Of a stretch of 64,000 nucleotides of DNA, positions 10,105 to 19,564 are shown piece after piece. The notes beneath the pieces were generated by a model. It was not told where the DNA came from and ran no database searches. It was given only the letters and a program-made list of their open reading frames with translations. Every line of letters starts with the position of its first letter. Position 1 is the stretch's first letter. The stretch spans positions 6,336 through 70,335 of the forward strand of contig JBBRTF010000005.1 of the NCBI GenBank assembly GCA_038244725.1, read 5' to 3'. The translations under genes were made by a program, and so were the position numbers. The stretch is from Burkholderiales bacterium. Its GTDB lineage: Bacteria > Pseudomonadota > Gammaproteobacteria > Burkholderiales > Usitatibacteraceae.

Positions 10105-12864
10105 TTGAAACCAGAACCGTTGACCCGTGATTTCGCCACGCCTCCCCTGCGCCGGGGGCTGAGCCGCATCGCAGAGCCATACGTCCTCTTTCCCATCGTC
10201 GCGGCGATCCTCCTCGCCGTGGTGTGGGGAAGCACCCTCAGCGTGATCAAGGTCGAGTACGGCACGGCGGACCGCGCCGCCTCGCAATCCACGCTCGAGC
10301 TCGCCGAGACGTACGAGGCGCAGGTCGTGCGCGTGCTGCGCGAGATCGACCAGTCGCTCAAGTTCATCAAGTTCGCCTACGAATCGGGCAACGGGCGCAT
10401 CGATCTCGCGGACCTGAAGTCGAAAGGGCTCCTGCCTCCCGACCTCGTGTTCACCGTGGCAATCGCCAATGCCCGCGGCGACATCGTCGCGAGCTCGCGC
10501 GCGCCGGACATGACGAGCGTGGCGGGCCAGGAATTCTTCACCGAGCTGCGCAACGAGCCGGTCTCCGTGAGCCGGCCGCTGCCCACGCGCGTCGCGGGCG
10601 AATGGAAGCTGCATTTCAATCGCCGCCTCGACCGCGCCGACGGCTCGTTCGCGGGCGCGGCCATCGTCTCGGTCTCCGCGACCTACTTCGTGAGCGGCTA
10701 CGAGACGCGCAAACTCGGCGAATCGGGCGTGCTCGCGATCCTGGGGCGCGACGGCATCTTCCGCGTGCGGCGCACCGGCGACTCGCTCTACTTCGGCGGC
10801 GTCACGTCCTATCGCACCGCGATGCCCGTGGACGTCGACGATTCGCCCGCGGTCACGCTCAACCGCTGGGACCACGTGCGCCGCTACACGAGCGCGCGCG
10901 AGCTCTACGACTTCCCGCTCGCGGTGATCGTGGGCCTTTCGGAGGCCGAGCAGCTCGCGCCCACCGACGATCGCGTGAACACCTACCTCTGGCGCGCCGC
11001 CGAGGGAAGCGTCGCCCTCATCCTCGTGCTCGCGGGGCTGGGCTGGATGGCCTGGAAGCTCACGCAGACGCGCGTGAAGGCGTATCGCGCGCTGCAGGAC
11101 GAGATCGACATCCGCCAGGTCGCCGAGCATGCGTTGAACCTTCGCAACCGCGCGATCGAGTCGAGCGTGAACGCGATCCTCATCCTCGACGCGTCCCTCC
11201 AGAGCTATCCCATCGAGTACGCCAACCCCGCCTTCGAGGCCATCACCGGCTACCAGGCGGGCGAAGCCATCGGGCGCGGCTTCGAGTTCCTGCTAGGCGC
11301 CGAGCACGACCAGGCCGGCATGCAGGAGATCCGCCATGCGCTGCGCGAAAGGCGCGAGGGCCACGCGGTGCTGCGCAACTTCCGCAAGGATGGCCGGCCG
11401 TTCTGGAACGAGTTCTACATCGCGCCGGTGCGGGGCGACCGCGGCGAGGTCACGCACTACGTGGGCGTCATGAACGACGTGACCGAGGCCAAGAGCTACG
11501 AAGAGCAGCTCGCGCACCAGGCCAACTTCGACTCCCTCACCGGGCTCGCCAACAGGAACCTCCTGCAGGACCGGCTGCATCAGGCGATCGCGACCGCCCG
11601 CCGCGACGCGGGCTCGGTCGCCGCCGTCTTCCTCGACGTCGACAACTTCAAGCTCGTGAACGACAGCCTCGGCCACGACGTGGGCGACGAGCTGCTGAAG
11701 GTCGTCGGCGAGCGCCTGAAGGCCTGCGTGCGCGAAAGCGATACCGTCGCGCGGCTGGGGGGCGACGAGTTCGTCTTGGTGCTACCCACGAAAGGCGATG
11801 CCGCCTCCATCGAAAACGACGTGATCGGCGTGGTGAGAAAGCTCCTCGCGCAGGTCTCCCATCCGCTGGTCCTGGGCGATCGCCCGATCCGTCCGACGTG
11901 CAGCCTGGGCGTGAGCCTCTTCCCGCAGGACGGCGAAGACGCGGCCACCTTGCTGAAGAACGCGGACGCCGCGATGTACCGCGCCAAGGAGCTCGGCCGC
12001 AACCGCTTCCAGTTCTTCACGTCCGACGTGAACGATCGCATCCGCCGGCGCCTGGAGCTCGAGTCGAGCTTGAGGCTCGCGCTGGAGCGAGACGAATTCG
12101 AGCTGCACTACCAGCCGCAAGTGAACCTGCGTGAGGGCGGTATCGTCGGCGTGGAGGCCCTTGTGCGCTGGAACCACCCGCAGAAGGGGCTCATCGGTCC
12201 GAGCGATTTCATCGGCTTCGCCGAGGAGTCCGGTCTCATCGTGCAGCTCGGCGACTGGGTCCTGCGCCGCGCGTGCGCGCAGAACAAGGCGTGGCAGGAG
12301 GAGGGGCTGCCGGCGATCCCGATCTCGGTCAACATGTCGGCGCGCCAATGCGAGCAGGACGACATCGACCAGGTCGTCGCCAGGGCGCTCGACGAGTCGG
12401 GGCTCATGCCCAAGTACCTCGAGCTCGAGATCACGGAGAGCATCTCCATGGCCAACCCCGAGCAGAGCGTGCCGCTCATGTGGCGCCTGAAGGAGACCGG
12501 CGTCGCGCTGTCCATCGACGATTTCGGCACCGGCTTCTCCAACCTGAGCTACCTGAAGAGATTCCCGGTCGACCGCCTGAAGATCGACCTGTCGTTCGTG
12601 CGCGAGATCACCACCGATCCGGGAAGCCTCGCCATCTCGGAGGCGATCATCACGCTGTCGCATAGCCTCAACCTGCAGGTCGTCGCCGAGGGCGTGGAGA
12701 CGCAGGGACAGCTGGAGCTCCTGGGCGATCGCAACTGCGACCTCATTCAGGGCTACTATTTCAGCCCGCCGGTCACGGCCGACGCGTTTGCCGCCCTGCT
12801 GCGCGAGGACCGCCGCCTGCCGCCGCGAAAAATCACGCACGACGCGCCCGCGCTCATCATGTGA
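10105..12864 (+). CDS. membrane sensor: periplasmic Cache-like domain - TM - PAS - GGDEF - EAL
   Basis: The track ORF starts at TTG 10105, and no upstream ATG is present. There are two TM segments. PAS: NAILILD...YANPAFEAITGY. GGDEF: RLGGDEFVLV. EAL: VEALVRW ... ELEITE ... DDFGTGFSNLSYL ... QGYYFSPP. Confidence 0.85.
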   Translation: MKPEPLTRDFATPPLRRGLSRIAEPYVLFPIVAAILLAVVWGSTLSVIKVEYGTADRAASQSTLELAETYEAQVVRVLREIDQSLKFIKFAYESGNGRIDLADLKSKGLLPPDLVFTVAIANARGDIVASSRAPDMTSVAGQEFFTELRNEPVSVSRPLPTRVAGEWKLHFNRRLDRADGSFAGAAIVSVSATYFVSGYETRKLGESGVLAILGRDGIFRVRRTGDSLYFGGVTSYRTAMPVDVDDSPAVTLNRWDHVRRYTSARELYDFPLAVIVGLSEAEQLAPTDDRVNTYLWRAAEGSVALILVLAGLGWMAWKLTQTRVKAYRALQDEIDIRQVAEHALNLRNRAIESSVNAILILDASLQSYPIEYANPAFEAITGYQAGEAIGRGFEFLLGAEHDQAGMQEIRHALRERREGHAVLRNFRKDGRPFWNEFYIAPVRGDRGEVTHYVGVMNDVTEAKSYEEQLAHQANFDSLTGLANRNLLQDRLHQAIATARRDAGSVAAVFLDVDNFKLVNDSLGHDVGDELLKVVGERLKACVRESDTVARLGGDEFVLVLPTKGDAASIENDVIGVVRKLLAQVSHPLVLGDRPIRPTCSLGVSLFPQDGEDAATLLKNADAAMYRAKELGRNRFQFFTSDVNDRIRRRLELESSLRLALERDEFELHYQPQVNLREGGIVGVEALVRWNHPQKGLIGPSDFIGFAEESGLIVQLGDWVLRRACAQNKAWQEEGLPAIPISVNMSARQCEQDDIDQVVARALDESGLMPKYLELEITESISMANPEQSVPLMWRLKETGVALSIDDFGTGFSNLSYLKRFPVDRLKIDLSFVREITTDPGSLAISEAIITLSHSLNLQVVAEGVETQGQLELLGDRNCDLIQGYYFSPPVTADAFAALLREDRRLPPRKITHDAPALIM

Positions 12865-12878
12865 TGGAGGAGAAAACG

Positions 12879-14126
12879 ATGACGGCACGACGGTTCCGAT
12901 TCGCCGCGATCCTCGCCGCCGCGGCCCTCGCCGCCTGCGCGCGCGCCGACGACGCGCCGCTTTTCTCCCTGAGCGGCTTCGGCACCCTCGGGGCGAGCCG
13001 CTCCGACAACGGCGCAGCCGACTATCTCGTCGACGCTTTCCATCCCGACGGCCCCGGCCACACGCGCCGCTGGAGCGCCGACGCCGACAGCCGCGTGGGC
13101 CTGCAGCTCGCGACCCACCTCACCTCGCGCGTCTCGGCGGTTGTGCAGGTGGTTTCTGAGCAGCGCTACGACGGCTCCTACCGGCCCGCGGTCGAGTGGG
13201 CCAACGTCAAGCTGCAGGTCACGCCGGAGCTGAGCCTTCGCGCGGGGCGCGTGGTGCTGCCGGTCTTCACCGTATCCGATTCGCGCAAGGTCGGGTACGC
13301 CAACGTCTGGGTGCGCCCGCCCGTGGAGGTCTACAGCCTCGTTCCCGTCACCAGCAACGACGGCGTCGACGCGAGCTATCGCATGAGCGTCGGCGACGCC
13401 ACCAACACTTTCCAGGCGACGCTCGGTCGCTCGGACTCGAAGTTTCCGGACAGCGCCGGGCTGGGCGCCGGCATGGCGAAGGCGCGCGACCTGGTGGCGC
13501 TCGTCGATACTTTCGAACGCGGCTTCTTCACCGCGCGCGCGACCTATGGGCGCGCGAAGCTCACCATCGACGAGTACACGCCGCTTTTCGACGCGTTCCG
13601 CCAGTTCGGGCCGCAGGGCGCGGCGATCGCCGAGCGCTATGGCGTGATGGACCGGCGCATCGACTTCCTCGGCTTCGGCGCGACCTACGACCCGGGCCGC
13701 TGGTTCGTGACCGGCGAATGGGCGCGCTTCGACACCCGCTCGGTGATTGGCAAGAAGAACGCGTGGTACGCGAGCGCGGGATACCGCGTCGGCAAGGCGA
13801 CGCCCTACCTCACCTACGCGCGAATGAAGGCGGACAGCAACACTTCGGATCCGGGCCTTCCCCTGGCGGGCCTCGCGCCGCAGCTTGCCGGGACCGGCGC
13901 GCAGCTGAACGCCATCCTCAACGCGCAGCTCGCGGCGATCCCGGTGCAGGACACGGTCTCGATCGGCGTGCGCTGGGATTTCATGAGCAACGCGGCGCTC
14001 AAGCTGCAGTACGACCGCTTGTCGCTCGGCGCGTCCTCGCACGGCACCTTCGGCAACCTGCAGCCCGGTTTCCCCGTGGGAGGAAGAGTGCAGCTCTTCA
14101 GCGCCGCGGTGGACTTCGTCTTCTAG
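12879..14126 (+). CDS. outer-membrane porin (beta-barrel, C-terminal Phe)
   Basis: GGAGGAG RBS lies 6 nt before ATG 12879. Signal peptide MTARRFRFAAILAAAALAACARA. The sequence shows an alternating beta-strand pattern and ends ...QLFSAAVDFVF. It starts 14 nt after the GGDEF-EAL stop. Confidence 0.75.
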   Translation: MTARRFRFAAILAAAALAACARADDAPLFSLSGFGTLGASRSDNGAADYLVDAFHPDGPGHTRRWSADADSRVGLQLATHLTSRVSAVVQVVSEQRYDGSYRPAVEWANVKLQVTPELSLRAGRVVLPVFTVSDSRKVGYANVWVRPPVEVYSLVPVTSNDGVDASYRMSVGDATNTFQATLGRSDSKFPDSAGLGAGMAKARDLVALVDTFERGFFTARATYGRAKLTIDEYTPLFDAFRQFGPQGAAIAERYGVMDRRIDFLGFGATYDPGRWFVTGEWARFDTRSVIGKKNAWYASAGYRVGKATPYLTYARMKADSNTSDPGLPLAGLAPQLAGTGAQLNAILNAQLAAIPVQDTVSIGVRWDFMSNAALKLQYDRLSLGASSHGTFGNLQPGFPVGGRVQLFSAAVDFVF

Positions 14127-14137
14127 GCGGCGGCGAC

Positions 14138-14560
14138 GTGAGACGCCTCCTCGTCTTCGCGATGGCGGGCCTCTGGCTCGCCAGCTTCGACGCGCTTTGC
14201 GACGACGTGGTCGCCATCGTCTCCGCGAAGAGCCCGCTCGCTTCCTTGCACGCGAGCCAGGTCGCCGACATTTTCCTCGGCAAGACCAGCCGCTTTCCCG
14301 ACGGCACCCTCGCCATGCCCATCGACCAGGAAGAGGATTCGCCGGTGCGCGAGAAGTTCTACGCGCAGGTCACGGGCAAGTCGCCCGCGCAGGTGAAGGC
14401 GCATTGGTCCAAGATCATCTTCACCGGCCGCGGGCAGCCGCCGCGGCAGGTGGGAAGCAATGCGGAGGCGAAAAGGGCCATCGCCGAGAATCCCAACGCC
14501 ATCGGCTACATCGACGCGAGCCAGGTGGACTCGAGCGTGAAGGTTCTGGCGTTGCGCTGA
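14138..14560 (+). CDS. small periplasmic PBP-like protein (PstS-like / PBP_like_2 mini-domain)
   Basis: GTG start at 14138 lies within track ORF 13196..14560. Signal peptide VRRLLVFAMAGLWLASFDALC. Motifs: VVAIVSAKSPL..L...QVADIFLGK, WSKIIFTGRG, NAIGYID. Confidence 0.7.
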   Translation: MRRLLVFAMAGLWLASFDALCDDVVAIVSAKSPLASLHASQVADIFLGKTSRFPDGTLAMPIDQEEDSPVREKFYAQVTGKSPAQVKAHWSKIIFTGRGQPPRQVGSNAEAKRAIAENPNAIGYIDASQVDSSVKVLALR

Positions 14561-14564
14561 CGCC

Positions 14565-15014
14565 TCACCCGAAGAGCGAGTCGAAGTTCACCATCGCGAC
14601 GCCGGCGACCACGAGCGCGCCTCCGGCGAGGCGCATCGGCGTGATCTCGCGCACCGCGAGACCCAGCCATCCGTGGTGGTCGAGGACCATCGAGACGATC
14701 ACCTGTCCCGCGATGATGAGCGCGGTCATCTTCGCCACGCCGATCCTCGGCGCGAGGAGCGTGGTCCCGAAGACGAATAGAGCGCCCAGCAATCCGCCGG
14801 TGAGCTGCCACGGCTTGGCCGCCGCGACGCCGGCGAGGTTCTGCACGCGATCGGTGGCCGCCGCCGCGATCGCGAGGGCGAGCGTGCCCACCGCGAAGGA
14901 GACGAGAGAGGCGAGGAGCGTGCTCGCGCCGAGGTGATTCTTGAGCTGGCTGTTGATCGCGGCTTGCAGCGGGATCATGCAGCCGATGGCGAAGGCGAAG
15001 AGAAGGTAGGGCAT
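14565..15014 (-). CDS. DMT-superfamily membrane protein (DUF606/YdcZ-like)
   Basis: 149 aa, 4-5 TM. Motifs: GCMIPLQAAINSQL and TALIIAGQVIVSMVLDHHGWLG. Confidence 0.75.
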   Translation of the reverse strand: MPYLLFAFAIGCMIPLQAAINSQLKNHLGASTLLASLVSFAVGTLALAIAAAATDRVQNLAGVAAAKPWQLTGGLLGALFVFGTTLLAPRIGVAKMTALIIAGQVIVSMVLDHHGWLGLAVREITPMRLAGGALVVAGVAMVNFDSLFG

Positions 15015-15050
15015 GGTGGCGGCCGGAATTGGGAATGCTTATTATCCGGC

Positions 15051-16490
15051 ATGACCCAGAACAAGAAGACCCTCTACGAGGTCCTTGGCGTGCCGCGCAC
15101 GGCGAAGCAGACGGACATCGGCCTCGCGTACAACCGGTTCCGCTCCGAGATGCAGAAGGAAAGCGCGATCCCGGACGCGCGCCGCGCGGCGATGATGAAA
15201 GTCGCCTACGAGACGCTCTACCACCTCGAGCGCCGCGCCGAATACGATGCGACCCTCGAGCCCGTGAAGGGGGGCAAGGGCGCGCCCCTGGCCGCGATCG
15301 TCGCGGCGCTCGTGCTCGCCGCCGGCGCCGGGGCCTATTGGAAGTTTTTCCGCGCGCCCGACAAGCCCGCGAAGGCCGCCGCGCTCACCAGCGAGCAGCT
15401 CCTCGCCGCCGTCTCCCCCTTCGTGGGGCGTGTGCAGGCGACGCTCATGTCCGGCGAGGTGAAGCCCGCCGGCGTCGCCATCGCGAGCGCCGAGGGCGAG
15501 ATGGTGACCACGTGCCACAACCTGCCCGCCGGTGCCCAGCTCTCGGTGCTGCTGCCCACCGGAATGTCGAAGGCCGAGATCGCGCATGCGAGCGAGGATC
15601 TCGACGTGTGCACTCTGCACGTGAAGGACGTGGGCGCCGCGTTCGTGAAGATGCGCGGTGCCGAGCCGAGCCCGGCGGAGAAGCTCCAGGCGGTGGTGGC
15701 CGAGGGTTCGCGCCCGAACCAACTGCAGGAGGTTCGCGCACTGAAGACCATCGCCGACGCGAAGGGCGCGCTGCTGGAGCTGAAGGCACCGGGCCCGTTT
15801 CCCACGGGCACGCCGGTGATCGACGCCCAGGCGAGGCTCGTGGGCATCGTGACGACCCCGCATGCATTCGGCGAGGGGCTCGCGGTCGCGCTCGCGTCGT
15901 CACGGATCGCGCAGGCCCGCTCGGGAGGCGCCGCCACCGCGGTTGCCACGACGTCATCGACCAACGCTTCGACCGCGCCGCCAGCGCCGGTGACCCTGCC
16001 GGCGCCCGCCACGCGCGCTCCCATCCTCATGGGCGAGGGATTCGCCACGCTCTGGAAGGAGGACAGCGCGCTGCGGATGGTGGAGGTGCTCGACAACCCG
16101 AAGAAGGGACAGGTCGGCGTGCCGCTCGCCTACTGGACGAAATGGTCGGGCCGGGACCCCGCGCGCGCTTACGACACGCACTGCGTGGTGACCTACGGCG
16201 ACCACGAGGAGATCGTGGCCGACTATCCTCAGGGAGCGCGCGAATATCCCGCGGACGGCTACTGGATGTGCGCCCTCGTGCGATTCAACACCGACCTCGA
16301 CGGCCTCGAGGAAGGCACCTACCACTTCATGATGTTCGCCGACGGCCAGAAGGTCGCGGAAAATTCCATCCAGGTCGAAAAGCGATTCTTCACGCGCGGC
16401 ACGTGGGCCGTGATCGTGGTCGTGCTCGGCCTCGCGCTTCTCGCGTTCCTGCGCAGGAACAAGGTCGTGAGCTATGCCGACAAGGGCTAG
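15051..16490 (+). CDS. two-TM membrane protein: J-like domain (no HPD) + periplasmic trypsin-like (Trypsin_2-like) domain + C-terminal domain
   Basis: Starts at MTQNKKTLYEVLGVPRTAKQTDIGLAYNRF...ERRAEYDATL (J-fold helices; I find no HPD tripeptide). TM1 at aa ~79-99. Protease-like motifs: VTTCHNL, EDLDVCTLHV, GPFPTGTPVIDAQARLVGIV. TM2 is WAVIVVVLGLALLAFL near the C-terminus. Confidence 0.75.
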   Translation: MTQNKKTLYEVLGVPRTAKQTDIGLAYNRFRSEMQKESAIPDARRAAMMKVAYETLYHLERRAEYDATLEPVKGGKGAPLAAIVAALVLAAGAGAYWKFFRAPDKPAKAAALTSEQLLAAVSPFVGRVQATLMSGEVKPAGVAIASAEGEMVTTCHNLPAGAQLSVLLPTGMSKAEIAHASEDLDVCTLHVKDVGAAFVKMRGAEPSPAEKLQAVVAEGSRPNQLQEVRALKTIADAKGALLELKAPGPFPTGTPVIDAQARLVGIVTTPHAFGEGLAVALASSRIAQARSGGAATAVATTSSTNASTAPPAPVTLPAPATRAPILMGEGFATLWKEDSALRMVEVLDNPKKGQVGVPLAYWTKWSGRDPARAYDTHCVVTYGDHEEIVADYPQGAREYPADGYWMCALVRFNTDLDGLEEGTYHFMMFADGQKVAENSIQVEKRFFTRGTWAVIVVVLGLALLAFLRRNKVVSYADKG

Positions 16491-16667
16491 CACCGCCCTA
16501 TTCTCAATTGTTCGGGCCAGCCGTCGGTGGGCGGCGCCCGCTCGGCGAGCCACCAATGGCTTGTGCGGCCCCGGGCGCGGTGGTAAAACTTGTTCTCGCG
16601 ACTGCCGGGTCACCGCGGTCAGCGAAAACAAGGAAAACATTCGATGACCCCAACGCATAGGGAGAGA

Positions 16668-17453
16668 ATGACAATGAATCGCACCACCTTGCTAGTCGCT
16701 TGCAGCGCCATCTTCATTTCCAGTGCGAACGCGAATACCCCGGTATTCCCGTTCACTCCAATCACCGGTGTCCAGTTCAGCAATGCCCTTACCGAAGAGC
16801 AACTTGCCCGGGAGTCGCACCTCAACGTCTCGCCGGACTCTGAAATGTTGAAGGCGAACCGCAGCAAAGGCGATGCCGTACGCAAAGCGTCCGTGAACAT
16901 CTTCGGCTCGGTGAACAACAACGTGGGGTCGCCCCTCTGCGGCCTGATTCTCGCCAATGGTGTTTTCCAGTTCTCGTGCGCTCCCACGGGCTCTTACTCC
17001 TTGACCGTGCCGCTCGACAGCGCCGGCCAGGTCACGCTGTTCGGGTTCGTCGACGGGCATTTCCCGTACAAGGTATTGTTGAATTCCGGTGGCCGTTGGG
17101 ACATGAACCTCAACATAGCGAGCGGCGGCGGCGGGGGGCCGCCGGTAACGACTACGTCGGTGATCACGTTCACGATTACTGACGGCTGCAACAACGGCAT
17201 CCCGATCGACTACAAGTTCTATGACGAGACCAACCATCTCGTATGGCCCTCGAGCACGACGCATTATTCGACCACTGCCTACAACGGCGTCTATGCCCAC
17301 AACCTCACCTGCAACAACAACGCGCTTGTCTGCTACGGTGGGCGCAGCGTCACCTACTACTGGGGCGTCGACCTCGACAATTCGAAGACGTGCACAGATT
17401 GCTGCATCTCCTGCCAAAGCGGAAACAGCCTGAGCCGTCGCCTTGCGTGCTGA
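16668..17453 (+). CDS. secreted protein: CarboxypepD_reg-like beta-sandwich + Gly/Pro linker + Cys-rich C-terminal domain
   Basis: GGGAGAG RBS, with ATG at 16668 or 16674. Signal peptide MNRTTLLVACSAIFISSANA. Motif GSYSLTVPLDSAGQVTLFGFVDG, then a GGGGGPP linker. The C-domain has the Cys pattern C..C...YWGVD....C.DCC.SC. The region is AT-richer than the flanks. Confidence 0.7.
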   Translation: MTMNRTTLLVACSAIFISSANANTPVFPFTPITGVQFSNALTEEQLARESHLNVSPDSEMLKANRSKGDAVRKASVNIFGSVNNNVGSPLCGLILANGVFQFSCAPTGSYSLTVPLDSAGQVTLFGFVDGHFPYKVLLNSGGRWDMNLNIASGGGGGPPVTTTSVITFTITDGCNNGIPIDYKFYDETNHLVWPSSTTHYSTTAYNGVYAHNLTCNNNALVCYGGRSVTYYWGVDLDNSKTCTDCCISCQSGNSLSRRLAC

Positions 17454-19160
17454 GTGGGAGTTGGGGGGTGCTCACGGCGCCCCCGCCGCCCCCTCGTGAG
17501 GATCCCGATATTGGCGTACCAGTCGCTGCGCATTCACGGCAACGACTATGCATCGAACGACCTGAGGGCGATTGCGGCGGACTTGCGGCTTGTTACCGAG
17601 GCGGGCTTCAAGGTCGTGCCCCTGCGATGGGTCGTGGACGCATGGCTTGAGAATCGGGGAGGCGAGCTAAATGGAAAATTCGTCGCCTTCACCTGCGACA
17701 AGGGTGCCGACTTCGATGCCCTGGATCTGCCCCATCCGACCGTTGGCGCACAGAGAAGCGTGCTCAATATCCTGCGCGATTTCGCCTCCGAATTCCCGGG
17801 GCGGCAGGAAGCGCTGAACGTCACGAGTTTCGTCGTGGCGTCCCCGGAAGCTCGTACTACATTGGATTCGGCGTGCCTGATCGGGCGGGGCTGGTGGACG
17901 CACTCCTGGTGGCGCGATGCGATTTCCAGCGGACTCATGCACATCGCAAACCATAGCTGGGACCACAACCACGAGCTGCTTGACGGGCAGCCGCCACCGG
18001 GAGTGACAAGAGGAACGTTTTCCAACATCCGTACAAAGGAGCTCGCCGACGAGGAGATTGCGAGGGCGGCGCATTACCTGCGCGATGCCGCGCCGAATCC
18101 GGGGCTGGAGCTCTTCGCCTATCCCTACGGCGAGTCCAATGAATACCTTGCGAACGAGTATTTCCCCTGCCACGGCGGGCCGCTCGGGCTGAGGGCAGCG
18201 GTGACGACCCGCGCAGGGTTTCTGGAGCCGGGTTGCCAGAAATGGGAGATTCCGCGCTTTCTGTTCGGTCGAGATTGGCGTTCACCGAGCGAATTGCGCG
18301 CGTTGCTCGAGGAGGCGGCCGCGGCAGGCAGAAAATGGGTTCCAGCGCGAGTGGACGAGATCGCGGCGTCGCCACAAGGCGCGGAAAGGGCGAAAGACGC
18401 AAGCGGCTCGATGTCCGAAGACGGATTCCGCGCGCGTTACACCGAGGTGCCCAAGATACTTTCCGAATGGCTCGAGGTGCACCGAAAGCTTGACGGGCTC
18501 GACATCCTCGATTTCGGCTGCGGCCCGGGGATCACAGCGCTCGGTCTCGCCTTGAGTCACCGGCCACGGCGTGTGGTTGGCGTCGATATCGGAACCGACC
18601 CGGAGCTTTGCCTTCCGCTCGCCAAGCATCATATCGGGCTCGACAAGCTGCCGGATAACCTCGCGCTGCATCGGGTCACCCCGGGTCTCCTGCATGACAG
18701 CGCGGATCGTTTCGATGTCGCGTACAGTTGGTCCGTCTTCGAGCACGTCGACGAGCGCCTTGTCGACGGTGTGCTTGACCTCATCAGGTCAAGCCTCAAG
18801 CCGGACGGCTTGTTGCTGGTCCAGATCGCGCCCCTCTTCTACTCCGCCGAGGGCGCGCACCTCGCGAGCCGGCTCCAGGAGCCATGGGTGCACCTGCTGA
18901 CCCAGCAGAACCTGCTGTATGAAAAGCTGGCAGCCTCGACACACGACAAGAAGGAGCTGGAAGCCCTTTGGGGCACCTACGCCACGCTGAATCGCATTAC
19001 GGCCCCCGAACTGCTGGACCATGTCGAGCGCGGCGGCTTCGAAATCTTGCGGGTCTACACCACCAAAGACGAGCGTCCTGTGCCCGCCAGACTGGCTGCA
19101 ATCTTCCGCGAGGACGTCCTGATCACCTCGCAGGTTGCGCTTCTCGGGCGACGTTGCTGA
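17454..19160 (+). CDS. fusion: NodB-type polysaccharide deacetylase + class I SAM-dependent methyltransferase
   Basis: GTG at 17454 directly follows the upstream TGA (17451-17453); the true start is uncertain. N-half motifs: VAFTCDKGADFD, ANHSWDHNH, FAYPYGE. C-half motifs: ILDFGCGPGITAL, FDVAYSWSVFEHV, LKPDGLLLV. Confidence 0.75.
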   Translation: MGVGGCSRRPRRPLVRIPILAYQSLRIHGNDYASNDLRAIAADLRLVTEAGFKVVPLRWVVDAWLENRGGELNGKFVAFTCDKGADFDALDLPHPTVGAQRSVLNILRDFASEFPGRQEALNVTSFVVASPEARTTLDSACLIGRGWWTHSWWRDAISSGLMHIANHSWDHNHELLDGQPPPGVTRGTFSNIRTKELADEEIARAAHYLRDAAPNPGLELFAYPYGESNEYLANEYFPCHGGPLGLRAAVTTRAGFLEPGCQKWEIPRFLFGRDWRSPSELRALLEEAAAAGRKWVPARVDEIAASPQGAERAKDASGSMSEDGFRARYTEVPKILSEWLEVHRKLDGLDILDFGCGPGITALGLALSHRPRRVVGVDIGTDPELCLPLAKHHIGLDKLPDNLALHRVTPGLLHDSADRFDVAYSWSVFEHVDERLVDGVLDLIRSSLKPDGLLLVQIAPLFYSAEGAHLASRLQEPWVHLLTQQNLLYEKLAASTHDKKELEALWGTYATLNRITAPELLDHVERGGFEILRVYTTKDERPVPARLAAIFREDVLITSQVALLGRRC

Positions 19161-19177
19161 GTCCGCCGCGCCAAGCT

Positions 19178-19264
19178 CTAGCGCTTCCTCATCGCGACGA
19201 ATCCCGAGGTTCCGAGAACGAGCGCCAGCAGGAGCAGCGACCATTCGGAGATCGTGGGAACCCC
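19178..19264 (-). other. IPTL-CTERM-type sorting signal (remnant copy)
   Basis: GVPTISEW, then hydrophobic LLLLALVLGTSGFVA, then the basic tail MRKR. Confidence 0.6.
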
Positions 19265-19510
19265 GGTCGCGCTGAAAGCGGCAAGTGACGAGCAGGTGGG
19301 CACGGTGATCGTGTCGGCATCGGTCAAGACCGTTCCACCGACCGCGAGCGCGTATTGAGCGCACCGCCCGGCCTGAACACGTAGACTCCCGGGCCGTTCA
19401 GCGTGACGGTGGTGTTGGCGGTGACGCTCATCGCGCCGCCGCCGAGGAAAGTGCAGGGGTTGCCCGTTCAATATGGCGACAGCGGCATTCTGGTCCAGCC
19501 CCACTTGCGG
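19178..19510 (-). pseudogene. 5'-truncated, frameshifted remnant of an IPTL-CTERM surface protein
   Basis: The last 59 codons read QYALAVGGTVLTDADTITVPTCSSLAAFSATGVPTISEWSLLLLALVLGTSGFVAMRKR*. Upstream pieces (MSVTANTTVTLNGPGVYVFRPGGAL; ILNGQPLHF) lie in other frames. There is no N-terminal signal peptide. Confidence 0.6.
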
Positions 19511-19564
19511 CGGGCACGGGTATTCGTCACGCGGTTGATGGTGAGCGGCGGGGTCACCGGGGCG

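Noticed and set aside
6417-10108. 1146-aa (-) and 948-aa (+) ORFs spanning ggt and the ABC1 kinase gene
   Set aside because: Both are low-complexity Arg/Gly/Asp/His-rich translations opposite to well-supported genes. Neither shows domain signatures.
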